A DNA stretch of 64,000 nt from an uncultured virus (IMG/VR IMGVR_UViG_3300011867_000002) (IMGVR_UViG_3300011867_000002:1-64000), one strand, 5' to 3'. Counted from the first letter of the stretch, positions 26,033 to 35,737 are shown. Program-made: numbers and translations. The notes: generated by a model from the sequence alone, not told the origin.

Positions 26033-27610
26033 TTAGATTGGATCGAACACCAAGTCAGCGCCCAGCATGTTCACCTTCAGGCTGAGGAGACCCGCCGCCG
26101 ATTCGATCACGCTTTGTGACAGGGATTGGCCATCCAGATACGAATTGCCATCGATGCCGTTAAAGCCGACCATGTGCGGACCTTCGCAGCGCAGGGTCAG
26201 TTTGCCGGACACGTCGTTGACGATGCCGTACAGTTCGAAGTTGTACGCGATCGAACCGTATTTCTCGCCCAGTACTTCCTTCAGGATGCGCGAAGGCATG
26301 TAGTCGATCGTTTCCGTGTCAGCCATCAGGAGCGTCGGATGCGAGAAACCAAAAGCCAGGGTCTCGCCTTCCTTCATTGCAGTCGTAACCCGCACGTCCC
26401 GTTCGATCTTGACCGCGATCACTTCCTTGCTGCCGTCGTCTGCGATGAGTTGCAGATAGACTTTGGCAACGCTCGCTTCGGCGTTCTTGTCGTCGCCGAT
26501 GAGACAGATGTCGCCCAAGGAAAGTGGACGGCCGATGCGCGATGGTCCGGTCACGACAACATTCCCGGATGCCTTGACGTCGCGGTGCATGACAAGCATC
26601 GGGTCGACAAACTCTTTGGCAGCACGTTCGCTGCCATCGTTCACGAGCACCAGTTGGTTGTCGAGGCGTTCACCGCCACCGCTCTCGCTGCCATCCAGCC
26701 GACCAAATCGAAGATGGACAGTCTCGGGTTCGTTGACGATGGCTTCACGGTAGTGTCGCCCTATTCCAGTTTCTTCAACCACACCCTCAACGCCGGCCTC
26801 TACATGGACGCGCTGGAAAGCTTCGTCGTTGTATTCAACCGACATTGGTTCGGTTGCCACCACGGCGCCCGAGTCCAGCAATTCTTGGGCGCGCACATGA
26901 CGCATGTAAATCTGCGCCCAGCTTTCCAGCTTGATCTCGCCGGCTTCGTGTGCGTCTAAGGCTTCTTGGGCCGACATCGGAACCGGAATGCCGATCAATT
27001 CCTTTTCCAGCACCTCGACAGCGTAACCGATCGGCAGCTTGATGTTGTAGATGATCGCGACATGGTACTTGTCGACTTCGACCGTACTGTTGGCAATAAA
27101 CAGGTTGGCTGGGACGAGCGGGAACTTGACCGACCAGTCTTTCTCGTGCGGCGAGTCCACACGGTAGATGCGGTATTCTTCGCCCTGTTCACGGTCACGC
27201 CCGACCGTCAGTGTCTTTTCCAGGTCGAGCCGCGATTTCTCGTCAAACACCGTGTCGACGCCATCGACGTGACCGCCCCAGAAGCAGGCCGTCATGCCGA
27301 CCAGCTTTTCTTCACCGATCTGGTCCGTGCGCTGGAACAACCAGAAGACTTCGGCGTTGTCCGATTCACGGATGCTGCTGATCGCCGCGCACGGCAGTGC
27401 TTGACGCACGCCCAGGTAGTTTTCCAGATGGGCACGTTGGCCGAGGACGTGGTAGGCTTGGGCTTCTTGCAGGAACTCGTTGTAGTCCCACTCGGTGATG
27501 CCGTTCGAGAAACCATGCGGCCGTGCAACCGAACGGGTGCGCTCGGTGAACAGCTGCGAGAAGAAGCCGAGGATCGTTTGTGGGTGTTTCTTTGGATGGA
27601 TGAGGTTCAT
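26033..27610 (-). CDS. Nudix-family phosphoesterase domain plus uncharacterised C-terminal region
   Basis: RQALP...FQR...GEEKL...FWGGHVD...REQGEE...VDKYHVAIIY (COG4112-like). Confidence 0.7.
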   Translation of the reverse strand: MNLIHPKKHPQTILGFFSQLFTERTRSVARPHGFSNGITEWDYNEFLQEAQAYHVLGQRAHLENYLGVRQALPCAAISSIRESDNAEVFWLFQRTDQIGEEKLVGMTACFWGGHVDGVDTVFDEKSRLDLEKTLTVGRDREQGEEYRIYRVDSPHEKDWSVKFPLVPANLFIANSTVEVDKYHVAIIYNIKLPIGYAVEVLEKELIGIPVPMSAQEALDAHEAGEIKLESWAQIYMRHVRAQELLDSGAVVATEPMSVEYNDEAFQRVHVEAGVEGVVEETGIGRHYREAIVNEPETVHLRFGRLDGSESGGGERLDNQLVLVNDGSERAAKEFVDPMLVMHRDVKASGNVVVTGPSRIGRPLSLGDICLIGDDKNAEASVAKVYLQLIADDGSKEVIAVKIERDVRVTTAMKEGETLAFGFSHPTLLMADTETIDYMPSRILKEVLGEKYGSIAYNFELYGIVNDVSGKLTLRCEGPHMVGFNGIDGNSYLDGQSLSQSVIESAAGLLSLKVNMLGADLVFDPI

Positions 27611-28839
27611 GCCGATTCTTTCATTGGTTGGATTTTCTGTTGTTCAAGTTCGATGGCGGCGCGCTTCAGTCCCAGTGCACGATAAGCACGTTGTGTCAAC
27701 ACCCGCTTTTGCGTCGGGGTCAATTTCTCGACCGCAATCGGAATAGCGATCATGGATTCCGATTGCTGGGGATACGTAAAGCGCGCCGTGAATTCCCAGT
27801 TGTTGTTCACGTACGAGCCGTAGACCAGCATCCAGGCGTCCTTTACCTTGACGGTCATCCGGCAGCTGTCTTTGACGTGCATGAAGTCCGCGAACTCGCC
27901 GGCCTGGCCACTGGCTTCGTGACTAAAGAGCAGGTAAGAGGGTAATACGCTATGTTGCCACGCATAGCTACGCGACTTGGTGCAGATGTCATCGACGGTA
28001 GTGTTGAACCAGTCGTCAGCACTTTCGTTAGTAGCGGTCAGCATCTTCGCCCATGCGAGTTCTTCGCACAAGGCTTGTACCATACCAGGCAACAAGGTGA
28101 CACCATCCCAAGCCACCCAGGCATCTTCGTAATGGTGATACACGAAGATTTGGGCACCGGACTGCTGAGTCATCACCATGGTGACGGTATAGAAAGCACC
28201 CTTGACCGATACCAGCTTTTTCAGGAACAGCACCCACGGTACACTGCCATCCGGGTTAAAGGGACGACTGCGGTCCTCGTAATAGCCGCTGCTGTATGCT
28301 TTCATCTGGTCACGCCAGTCTGGCTGCGTGAGTGCCATGGCAAGACCGCCGTGGATGCCGCAGTGATTCAGGTGATGCGGAATGAAGCTCTGCGCGCTCT
28401 TGGCCAATTCCCCCAGCATATTGACCAGTTGCGCCAGTTCCGTCTGTGCTTGGTACGGAAATTGGTTAAACACCTGACCATGTGCTGCCATTTGACGAAA
28501 ACACGCGAGTGCTTCTTCGGTGTCGGCGGTCGTGGCGTCGGGGTTGACTTCGAAATTGGCCTCGTCTTTAAAGTAGGTTGCCAAAGGGCCACTGCCACTA
28601 AAATAGTCGAGGAAGGTGTGGTTTACCACTGGTGCACGAAACGGTGCCAGTGCTTCGTTGAACTGGGCATTCAGGTGCCGGAAGCTGCCGCCGCCTTGCA
28701 TACCGCCCAGCAACAGCATGGTCTGCGACAAATACTGTTCGATCACCGCTAACCGATCCAGTTCAGGCGGTGGTGCCTCACGCAGTTTACGCGCGATCAA
28801 CTGGTACTCTGCGATACTTGGCGCGTCATTGTCCATCAT
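27607..28839 (-). CDS. Hypothetical protein
   Basis: 410-aa ORF coupled to the Nudix gene. Confidence 0.75.
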   Translation of the reverse strand: MMDNDAPSIAEYQLIARKLREAPPPELDRLAVIEQYLSQTMLLLGGMQGGGSFRHLNAQFNEALAPFRAPVVNHTFLDYFSGSGPLATYFKDEANFEVNPDATTADTEEALACFRQMAAHGQVFNQFPYQAQTELAQLVNMLGELAKSAQSFIPHHLNHCGIHGGLAMALTQPDWRDQMKAYSSGYYEDRSRPFNPDGSVPWVLFLKKLVSVKGAFYTVTMVMTQQSGAQIFVYHHYEDAWVAWDGVTLLPGMVQALCEELAWAKMLTATNESADDWFNTTVDDICTKSRSYAWQHSVLPSYLLFSHEASGQAGEFADFMHVKDSCRMTVKVKDAWMLVYGSYVNNNWEFTARFTYPQQSESMIAIPIAVEKLTPTQKRVLTQRAYRALGLKRAAIELEQQKIQPMKESA

Positions 28840-28938
28840 TATTTTCCCCAGGGATTGTTCTCTATACGAGTCTTTGGTGTTGTAATTTTTGAGTCCGAAA
28901 TAAACCCCACCCGAAGGTGGGGTGCGCCTTGGCGAATG

Positions 28939-29547
28939 TTACTTGGCGTACAGGGTAACGGTGATCAGACCGTTCTTTTCCGGGTACTCGAAGCTCATGT
29001 GGAAAGACGGCTCGTTGGCGTCGATGTCGGTGTTGCAGGCGATCTTGCAGGCACTGCCGTCGATCACGTTCAGCCAGCCACGCAGCTTGGTGGCGAGCGA
29101 GACGAACTGGATCGATTCGACGCCATCTTGCGATACCAGTTGCGCGCTGCGATGAGTGTGGGTGAACTCGTTGAACGCGTCGAGCAACATGTTCTTGGTC
29201 ACGTATGTCGCCGCATCTTCGTCCGCAGCGGCGGTCTGCTGGATACCTGCTTCCAGGAGAGCCGATTGGGGCACATCGTGGGAGAAGTACGCGACGTATT
29301 GTTCACCGACACCATCGGCATTGATCGCCGCCGACAGTTGCACGTGCACGCTTGGGTTCATCTGTACCATCTCGAAGACTTCGCGCAGACCCTTGGCCGC
29401 TTTAGCGAGCGGTGTCTCCAGGTGCGAGAAGATGTACTTCTGGTAGAAGCTCAGTTCGAGCGGTCGGAAGTTAAAAGCGGGAACGATGGCGGTGATTTCG
29501 ATTGGCAGCATGGTAATTTCCTTTTGAGATGGCATCCAAAGAGACAT
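28939..29547 (-). CDS. Hypothetical protein
   Basis: ~200-aa ORF; start uncertain. Confidence 0.7.
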   Translation of the reverse strand: MSLWMPSQKEITMLPIEITAIVPAFNFRPLELSFYQKYIFSHLETPLAKAAKGLREVFEMVQMNPSVHVQLSAAINADGVGEQYVAYFSHDVPQSALLEAGIQQTAAADEDAATYVTKNMLLDAFNEFTHTHRSAQLVSQDGVESIQFVSLATKLRGWLNVIDGSACKIACNTDIDANEPSFHMSFEYPEKNGLITVTLYAK

Positions 29548-29606
29548 GTTATTTTCTTTAGAATTGGTAGTGGACATAATAGACACAGAAACAGTATAAA
29601 AGAATG

Positions 29607-29638
29607 CGGCATAAAGGCCACTCCGAAGAGTGACCCTT
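29607..29638 (-). terminator. Intrinsic terminator with TTTATGCCG tail
   Basis: CACTC-CGAA-GAGTG hairpin after GCGGCATAAA (plus strand). Confidence 0.65.
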
Positions 29639-29643
29639 ATCCG

Positions 29644-30231
29644 TTAAGCTGCTTCCTGGGCGTAGACTTCGGGCCAGAGTTCGTCTGCCGTCAGGTAACC
29701 GTTGGAACGGGTGTTTTGGTGCAGTTGCTTGGCGGCGCTGGCGATATCCCACGCTTCTTCTTCGCACACGTACTTGCCGGTATTCGTGATCCAGCCATAC
29801 GTGACAATCGGTTGGCAGTAGGTGCGGTGGTACCAACGACGAATCGTCGAATGGTCCATGGGCGCTTGGGCTGCGTAGATATCCCCTTTCAGGTCTTTCA
29901 TGGCAGCCAAGACGATCGTCTCAACGCTAGGCGCTTCGCCATCAACAAGGAAGTCGCACTCCTTGCCGGTGTAGACAATCTTGCCTGGTTCGATTTCCAG
30001 CGTCACCAGCTTCTTGGGTACGTTGGGGTCGCACGCTTCCTTCTCGACCTTGAACTGGTAGCGCATGGCAAACACCATGCCGATCCCGCAGAGAACGACG
30101 AGGAGGAAGACTTGGAACACATCTTCGCTCGACACCGCAGGAAGTGTGGAGAGATACGTGGCAAACATCAATGCGCCAATCAGAACCAACATGCCCAACA
30201 GACCCGTGTGCTTCTTGAAAATCGCTTTCAT
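29644..30231 (-). CDS. Membrane protein (2 TM) with a conserved phage C-terminal domain
   Basis: Two hydrophobic helices; GWITNTGKYV..EAWDIA..LTADELW. Confidence 0.7.
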   Translation of the reverse strand: MKAIFKKHTGLLGMLVLIGALMFATYLSTLPAVSSEDVFQVFLLVVLCGIGMVFAMRYQFKVEKEACDPNVPKKLVTLEIEPGKIVYTGKECDFLVDGEAPSVETIVLAAMKDLKGDIYAAQAPMDHSTIRRWYHRTYCQPIVTYGWITNTGKYVCEEEAWDIASAAKQLHQNTRSNGYLTADELWPEVYAQEAA

Positions 30232-30313
30232 GAGTATCCCTTCTGAAAATTAGTTATGTGAGCTTCTTCATATTCATTACGATGTGTTTCTTTTTATATT
30301 TCTTTTTTTCTAA

Positions 30314-30733
30314 CTATTTGACGCGCGTCAGCTTGGGGCGCTGTGGTTGACGGCGGTCGTTGATGATTTCGTCAGGCCATGCACGGTAGTTGTGCTTAGG
30401 CGTGGTTTCGCCTGCCTTGCCAATGTGGCCGTACAGGTTTTGCACCACCATGAAGACACCGGCATGTTTAGCGGGCACAGCGACGTCGTACACGGCGCGG
30501 TCGTAGTTCGCACCCAGTTGAATGGAAACGTTGACCACAACGCCTTCCAGACCCATGATAACGCCTGAGTTATTCAACCAGAGTACCACGTCTTCGCCGA
30601 GTCGGAATTCGGTGTTACCCGGTTCCGGTTGGGTGCCGAAATCATGGTTCGGTTCTTTGAAGTGACGACGGATCAAGTCGATGTGGTTTTCCATCACGAA
30701 CGCTTGGATGGTTGGTGTATCTTCTTTGTTCAT
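30314..30733 (-). CDS. Hypothetical protein
   Basis: 139-aa ORF, GAGGAG RBS. Confidence 0.7.
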   Translation of the reverse strand: MNKEDTPTIQAFVMENHIDLIRRHFKEPNHDFGTQPEPGNTEFRLGEDVVLWLNNSGVIMGLEGVVVNVSIQLGANYDRAVYDVAVPAKHAGVFMVVQNLYGHIGKAGETTPKHNYRAWPDEIINDRRQPQRPKLTRVK

Positions 30734-30788
30734 TTGTTTTCTCCTCGAAATAAGAAAAATCCCGCCACCCTAAGGCAGCGGGGGATTG

Positions 30789-31061
30789 TTACACGCGTTT
30801 GGTAAAGCGCCAGTGGTCAACACCAGGAGCAGCTTCGCGAGCCAGTACGAAGTCGTAGTCGTATGCTTCCGCAAACAACATGTAGAACTCGCGATTTGCC
30901 GTTTGCAATGGGAACATCCCAGCACCGTTGGTATTTTCGATGAGGAGCGGACCTTTACTCATCAAGTCCCACAGCATGAGTGCTTCGACATCGTGCGGAT
31001 GTTCATACGAAGACGCCGGGTCTTCAATAAACTGGAAGGTTACTCCGCCAAGATTTTTCAT
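30789..31061 (-). CDS. Small hypothetical protein
   Basis: MKNLGG start overlapping the folA stop. Confidence 0.6.
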   Translation of the reverse strand: MKNLGGVTFQFIEDPASSYEHPHDVEALMLWDLMSKGPLLIENTNGAGMFPLQTANREFYMLFAEAYDYDFVLAREAAPGVDHWRFTKRV

Positions 31062-31570
31062 GCTGACTTCCTGTTGTGTTTGCGTTCGTAGGTTTGGATG
31101 ACGTAGGTCAGTTCCGACTGGGGACAGACCTTCTCTTCTTGTTCCCACGAATTCCATTGCTGTGGATCGAATGCGGGGAAGTGGGTATCGCAGTGGAAGT
31201 CACCGAGCACATGCGTCAGAATCATCCGGTCGCAGTGTGGCAGGGCTTGCTGGTACAAGTCGCCACCGCCGACGATGAACACCTTTTCGTCGTGTTGGCT
31301 GAGCCAAAAGGCATCTTCCAGATTGTTCACCACTTCAGCCTTGAAGCCAAAGTCTGACTCGGTCATCGTACGCGACAGGATGATGTTGCGCCGATTAGGC
31401 AAGACACCGTTCGGGAGCGATGCCGAAGTTTTGCGACCCATGATCACCGTGCCACCCAGCGTGGTGGCCTTGAAATGCTTCAGATCAGCAGGAAGCCGCC
31501 AAGGCAGGTTGTTGTTCTTCCCGATACCGCCGCATGTGTCAAGCGCGGCGATGATAGTCAATTGCCTCAT
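31058..31570 (-). CDS. folA: Dihydrofolate reductase
   Basis: GIGKNNNLPWRLPADLKHFK, IMGRKT, LPNRRNIILSR, IVGGG, DTHFP. Confidence 0.95.
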   Translation of the reverse strand: MRQLTIIAALDTCGGIGKNNNLPWRLPADLKHFKATTLGGTVIMGRKTSASLPNGVLPNRRNIILSRTMTESDFGFKAEVVNNLEDAFWLSQHDEKVFIVGGGDLYQQALPHCDRMILTHVLGDFHCDTHFPAFDPQQWNSWEQEEKVCPQSELTYVIQTYERKHNRKSA

Positions 31571-31612
31571 GGTGTTTTCCTAAGAACAGCCACCCGAAGG
31601 TGGCCTTGGGGT

Positions 31613-33064
31613 TTAAACCGCTACTGGATAACGAATCTTCTCGTGGGGGACGTAGCCTTCGAGTTTGAAGTCTTCATACTTGAAGTCGAAAATGTTCTTG
31701 ACTTCAGGATTGATCCAGAGCTTGGGCATTGGCTTGGGTTCGCGGGCCAGTTGGGTGAACACCGAATCGCCGTCCGCATTCGGCATGATTTGGTTCTTGT
31801 AGATGTGCACGTCGCCGAAGGTGTGGATGAAGCGGCCCGGCACCATATCGACGCACTGGGCGATCATCATGGTTTGCGCAGCGTAAGCAGCGATGTTGAA
31901 CGCACCGCCGACCAGGATGTCGCACGAACGCTGGTACAACTTGCACGAGAGCTTCTTGGTCTTGACACCGTGTTGCTTGAAGAAGTTCATCAGCTTCTCG
32001 CGGTCTTCGAAGTTGAACATCGCTTCGTAATACGCCGGCTGTGGCAGCATGTCGAGCGGGAGCATGGTCTTACCGAGGTGGTGCAGGTGGTGCTCTTTCT
32101 TGAACCACTTGAAGGAGCGCTGCACGTCTTCCGGCAGTTCCGGGATCATGTCTTGCACGCTGCGGTCTTCCACGTAGTACTGGAAGAGGGTGTGGCAGGG
32201 TGCGAGCGCCATCTTGCCGTGCATGACGTTCGCTTGTGGCGACATCGATTCGTCCGGCAGTGCTGCCACGTTCCAGGCCGAGATGATGTGGCGGCGCGAA
32301 TTCGGCCGGGTCTTCAGGTCGTCGATCAGCTTAGCGATCTGATTGATCGTGGCGCGTTTGGTGGTTTTGAACGGAATACCCCATTCATTCAGCCGGTCAT
32401 GGAAAATGTCCCGAGATGCCGGACTGGTGTGTTTTTCCAGATCGCCTTTCAGTTCGGATATATCGAGCGGGCTGAACATGTCGTTGGCGCCAGCTTCGAG
32501 ATAGTCTTCTGCCAAAGCGACACGTTCTTCAATGGTCAACATACGTTCGACATCGTTCGCTGGATCAGGCCAGTTGACCCATTGTTCACCGTACACTGGA
32601 CCCAACGCGCCGATCTTGACGTTGTGGGGATTCGGACGAAGAAGAGGAATGCTTTGTTCCGCAAGCATGCCGTCGATATCGAGTGTACGGGCCACACTAT
32701 CCAAATAGTCTTTATGGCCAACTTCTTCGTTACCGCCGTGGAAGACGATGTATGCATTACGTAACAAGGCCAAACGTTCCGCTTGGGTGTATTCAAGGTG
32801 TTCTTGGCGCACCGCCCAAGCCGACCAGATGTTGACGTTCTTGTCAGTCAGTTCGGTGTTGTCGGTCGAGCCGCGCAGCATCCAGAACAGTTCTTCCAGA
32901 TTGCCGCGCATGAACACTTGGCGGCTGGCGTCGAGCGGGAAGCCTTCGGCCAGATCGAATTCGAGTTGTTCGCCGAACAGCGAGATGGTGCCAGTGTTGG
33001 TGCGATCGGTACGGATGTTGCCCTGTTGCAGAATCTTCCTGATCAGGTTAAGGTAATTTTGCAT
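31613..33064 (-). CDS. thyA: Thymidylate synthase with large insertions
   Basis: DRTNTGT, GPVYGEQW, SRRHIISAWN, MALAPCH, YQRSCD, FNIAAY, GDVHIY. Confidence 0.95.
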   Translation of the reverse strand: MQNYLNLIRKILQQGNIRTDRTNTGTISLFGEQLEFDLAEGFPLDASRQVFMRGNLEELFWMLRGSTDNTELTDKNVNIWSAWAVRQEHLEYTQAERLALLRNAYIVFHGGNEEVGHKDYLDSVARTLDIDGMLAEQSIPLLRPNPHNVKIGALGPVYGEQWVNWPDPANDVERMLTIEERVALAEDYLEAGANDMFSPLDISELKGDLEKHTSPASRDIFHDRLNEWGIPFKTTKRATINQIAKLIDDLKTRPNSRRHIISAWNVAALPDESMSPQANVMHGKMALAPCHTLFQYYVEDRSVQDMIPELPEDVQRSFKWFKKEHHLHHLGKTMLPLDMLPQPAYYEAMFNFEDREKLMNFFKQHGVKTKKLSCKLYQRSCDILVGGAFNIAAYAAQTMMIAQCVDMVPGRFIHTFGDVHIYKNQIMPNADGDSVFTQLAREPKPMPKLWINPEVKNIFDFKYEDFKLEGYVPHEKIRYPVAV

Positions 33065-33116
33065 AGTACGTTCTTTCAGTTATTGGGGTTTGACTAGGGA
33101 CTGGATTGTGACGTGG

Positions 33117-33428
33117 TCAGTAACGCACACAACTCGTGCTCGTGCCTCGTGCCATCGCGCCGCTAACGATTACACAGACCACGCCTGGAACCGTTTCTAC
33201 GGTCAGGACTTCTTTCCTGCCATCGGCCGTGTTGACCTTACTAAGGTTCAAAACACGTGCCGAATTCGGGTTTGCTTGGGGGCGGTCCACTTGGGATGGG
33301 TACGTTTCGGTACGCGTCACCGAAACGTTTTGTGCATGTGCTTGTTGCCGGAGACCGTAGAAGATCGGCCCGCAGAGCATCAGGCAGACGACGAATGTGA
33401 GACCGAGTGCTTTAATGGGGTTTTTCAT
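33117..33428 (-). CDS. Small exported/membrane-anchored protein
   Basis: N-terminal hydrophobic helix; C-terminal Cys pair. Confidence 0.65.
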   Translation of the reverse strand: MKNPIKALGLTFVVCLMLCGPIFYGLRQQAHAQNVSVTRTETYPSQVDRPQANPNSARVLNLSKVNTADGRKEVLTVETVPGVVCVIVSGAMARGTSTSCVRY

Positions 33429-33720
33429 CTTCGTTCCTTTTAGATCGAACACTGCATTCGAATAAGACTTGTTGGGTAGGGCCACGCCTAGGTAAACGCG
33501 CAAATTCAGAACACACAGCACCATACGGAACCATGATGGTGACTTGCTGCGATGTCGGCTGGTGTTTTATTGCTTTCTGCGGCTTTGGCCTAGGGTTATT
33601 CTTCATGGAGTAATTCACCCAACCAAACCAAATTCCGATGAGAATAATGACGACCAGACACACTGCGGCTGACTTCCAATCGTCTATAACCTCTTGTTGT
33701 GACTCATCCTGGCAATTCAT
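33412..33720 (-). CDS. Small bitopic membrane protein
   Basis: TM helix; VPYGAVC...VLFECS. Confidence 0.65.
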   Translation of the reverse strand: MNCQDESQQEVIDDWKSAAVCLVVIILIGIWFGWVNYSMKNNPRPKPQKAIKHQPTSQQVTIMVPYGAVCSEFARLPRRGPTQQVLFECSVRSKRNEDEKPH

Positions 33721-34007
33721 TTTTTGCCCTTCTCTGTGGGCAAAACGGGTTTGGTGCATTCGATTAAGATACGGTCTTGCATTTCGTCGAAGACCGTACA
33801 CTTGGCATTGGCTGGAACTTTCACAGCAAGCGTCTTTTCAGCAGGCGCTAACTTGGTTTCTAGTTCTTTGATGTGTTTGTCTTTTTCTGCATTTTCTTTT
33901 TGCCATGACCAATAGCACAAAGCCGCCACGATCAACAGAATAATTACCACACCGGGCAACCAGTCGCTGGTCTCGACGATTTCCTTACCACGATAACCGT
34001 GTTTCAT
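33717..34007 (-). CDS. Small bitopic membrane protein (paralog of the previous gene)
   Basis: TM helix; VPANAKC...ILIECT. Confidence 0.65.
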   Translation of the reverse strand: MKHGYRGKEIVETSDWLPGVVIILLIVAALCYWSWQKENAEKDKHIKELETKLAPAEKTLAVKVPANAKCTVFDEMQDRILIECTKPVLPTEKGKK

Positions 34008-34204
34008 TTCTTGTCCTTCTCGACGATCACGCACTCGTACACCTTGGCTGGCTGGATAAACGGGTGGTTCTTCAAAGCTTCGCGCTCTTTGTACGATACC
34101 ACTGCCATCGCAACACTAACGCCAATCATAGTGCCAATGAGCAGCATTACGATGATTGGTCGACTGCCGGTGTCATAATCGTAACCGCGTACAGGTCGAT
34201 TCAT
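34004..34204 (-). CDS. Small membrane protein
   Basis: TM helix; VYECV tail; GAGG RBS. Confidence 0.6.
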   Translation of the reverse strand: MNRPVRGYDYDTGSRPIIVMLLIGTMIGVSVAMAVVSYKEREALKNHPFIQPAKVYECVIVEKDKK

Positions 34205-34219
34205 TTCTTTTCCTCTCTT

Positions 34220-34378
34220 TTATTTTCGTTGGACAACCAACTGTTTGTTCTTCGCGTCTACTGGCGGATAGTGTTCAAGTACAAAAGGCGCCAACAAGTT
34301 TAGGATGACGAGCACGACCACGAGTACATACTTATCGGCTTCGCCGTTATTTTTTTGTCTCCGCTTTCCCTGACCCAT
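34220..34378 (-). CDS. Small membrane protein (52 aa, not in ORF track)
   Basis: MGQGKRRQK...YVLVVVLVILNLLAPFVL; GAGGGG RBS. Confidence 0.55.
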   Translation of the reverse strand: MGQGKRRQKNNGEADKYVLVVVLVILNLLAPFVLEHYPPVDAKNKQLVVQRK

Positions 34379-34380
34379 GT

Positions 34381-34887
34381 TTATCCCCTCTCTTGTTTAC
34401 GGAACTCGCGCACCCGTTCCCAAGCCAAACCCAATCGATTCGCACCACGCCAGTTACGGCGATCCAAAATGCGTTCGTCGTATTCAGCCAAGCCCACACC
34501 CCAAATCCGATCGAACTGGGATGCTTCGACAATGGTCTTCCCTTCGGACTGGATGAGCATATTGTCCACCGAAGGAATCTGACGTGCCCGTGCCAAACAG
34601 ATGGTGAACATCATTGGATCACGTTCTTTGTCCCACGCTGCTTCGTCAAACGGCGTGACGTCTCGGCCCAATTCTTTGTACTTGCTCGGGTGACTAGGTA
34701 CCATGATCTTCTTGAAGGTGGCCCAGTCTTTGAAGAAGGCTGCCTTCCACGCCATCATCGCTTGTTCGCCACAGTCAAATTCAATATCCTTGATCTTGAA
34801 ACGATGTTCTTGGTTCCAATTGGAGGCAGGATGCAAAGCACCAAAGAAGAACAAGAACTCGTCATTACTCAGGTTACCGTAATGCAT
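34381..34887 (-). CDS. NADAR (YbiA-like) family protein
   Basis: SNW, GEQAMMAWKA, KELGR, VEASQFDRIWGVG, WRGANRLG. Confidence 0.9.
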   Translation of the reverse strand: MHYGNLSNDEFLFFFGALHPASNWNQEHRFKIKDIEFDCGEQAMMAWKAAFFKDWATFKKIMVPSHPSKYKELGRDVTPFDEAAWDKERDPMMFTICLARARQIPSVDNMLIQSEGKTIVEASQFDRIWGVGLAEYDERILDRRNWRGANRLGLAWERVREFRKQERG

Positions 34888-34898
34888 CCTTACCTCCT

Positions 34899-35135
34899 TT
34901 ACGAACGCGTGTGTTCGTAGATGTCGTCTATCGGCGTCACCGCCAACATGTGTTTATCGAACGGAAAATCGTTGGTCTCGTTCATGCCGTAATACTCGCA
35001 CGCGACGATGTCCCACACACGAATGCGCTCACGGACATGGAAAGCGACTTTCGCCTTTGCTTGTTCCAAAGAGCGTTCGATGACCGACACCACTTTGTAA
35101 CCTTGTTCTGGCGGTACCCAAGTAAAGCGTTGCAT
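34899..35135 (-). CDS. Small hypothetical protein
   Basis: 78 aa, AGGAG RBS. Confidence 0.6.
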   Translation of the reverse strand: MQRFTWVPPEQGYKVVSVIERSLEQAKAKVAFHVRERIRVWDIVACEYYGMNETNDFPFDKHMLAVTPIDDIYEHTRS

Positions 35136-35144
35136 AGCTGCTCC

Positions 35145-35525
35145 TTAAAAAGAGTACTGAATGATTTTGGCGATCAGCAAACACAAGGCGCCAGAACCGA
35201 GACCCAGCGCGAAATGGGCGATCGGTGGATACGTGTCTTTTACTGGTTTGTCTTGCCGAATACGTTCTTGGCGCACCAGTTCAGTCACCAGAGGCGCAAT
35301 GTCTTTTTCCACATCGCCGTAGTTCTTTTCTTGGTGATAGTTAATCTGTGCCTGGCTCACGGCAGTGCGCACAATTCCATCTGCGGCCAGCAAGCACTGC
35401 TCGCCGCGTAGAGCGCCACAGTGAACGCATTCTTCCCACGTCCACGGCATGGAACTACCACCACCTTCATGGTATTCAGCAACACGGCATTGGTTGGTCG
35501 TGATGAGTTTCTTTGGATGGTCCAT
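35145..35525 (-). CDS. Hypothetical protein with CxxC and C-terminal TM
   Basis: CVHC; hydrophobic C-terminus. Confidence 0.65.
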   Translation of the reverse strand: MDHPKKLITTNQCRVAEYHEGGGSSMPWTWEECVHCGALRGEQCLLAADGIVRTAVSQAQINYHQEKNYGDVEKDIAPLVTELVRQERIRQDKPVKDTYPPIAHFALGLGSGALCLLIAKIIQYSF

Positions 35526-35533
35526 GGTCTCCC

Positions 35534-35737
35534 TTAACGGTTACGTTTCTTGGATGCTTTTGCGGTCTTGCGCTCTTGGGCACGTTTCGCCTTCGAGCGG
35601 TGCGGACGATTGTTGCCCCAACGCTTTGGCGTGTTCAGGTCAGGTTCTTCTTGCTGACCTTCTTGGGTAGGGTCCTCACCCCAATTGTATTCCATTGTTT
35701 CTTGCGTTTCTTGCGGCTTGTAACTCATTTTGTGCAT
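35534..35737 (-). CDS. Small protein with basic C-terminus
   Basis: MHKMSYK...RKTAKASKKRNR; AGGAG RBS. Confidence 0.55.
   Translation of the reverse strand: MHKMSYKPQETQETMEYNWGEDPTQEGQQEEPDLNTPKRWGNNRPHRSKAKRAQERKTAKASKKRNR

Noticed and set aside
17491..33064. Inteins or introns as the cause of the Dcd and ThyA insertions
   Set aside because: Frames are continuous and lack Cys/Ser...His-Asn splice junctions or LAGLIDADG/HNH motifs.
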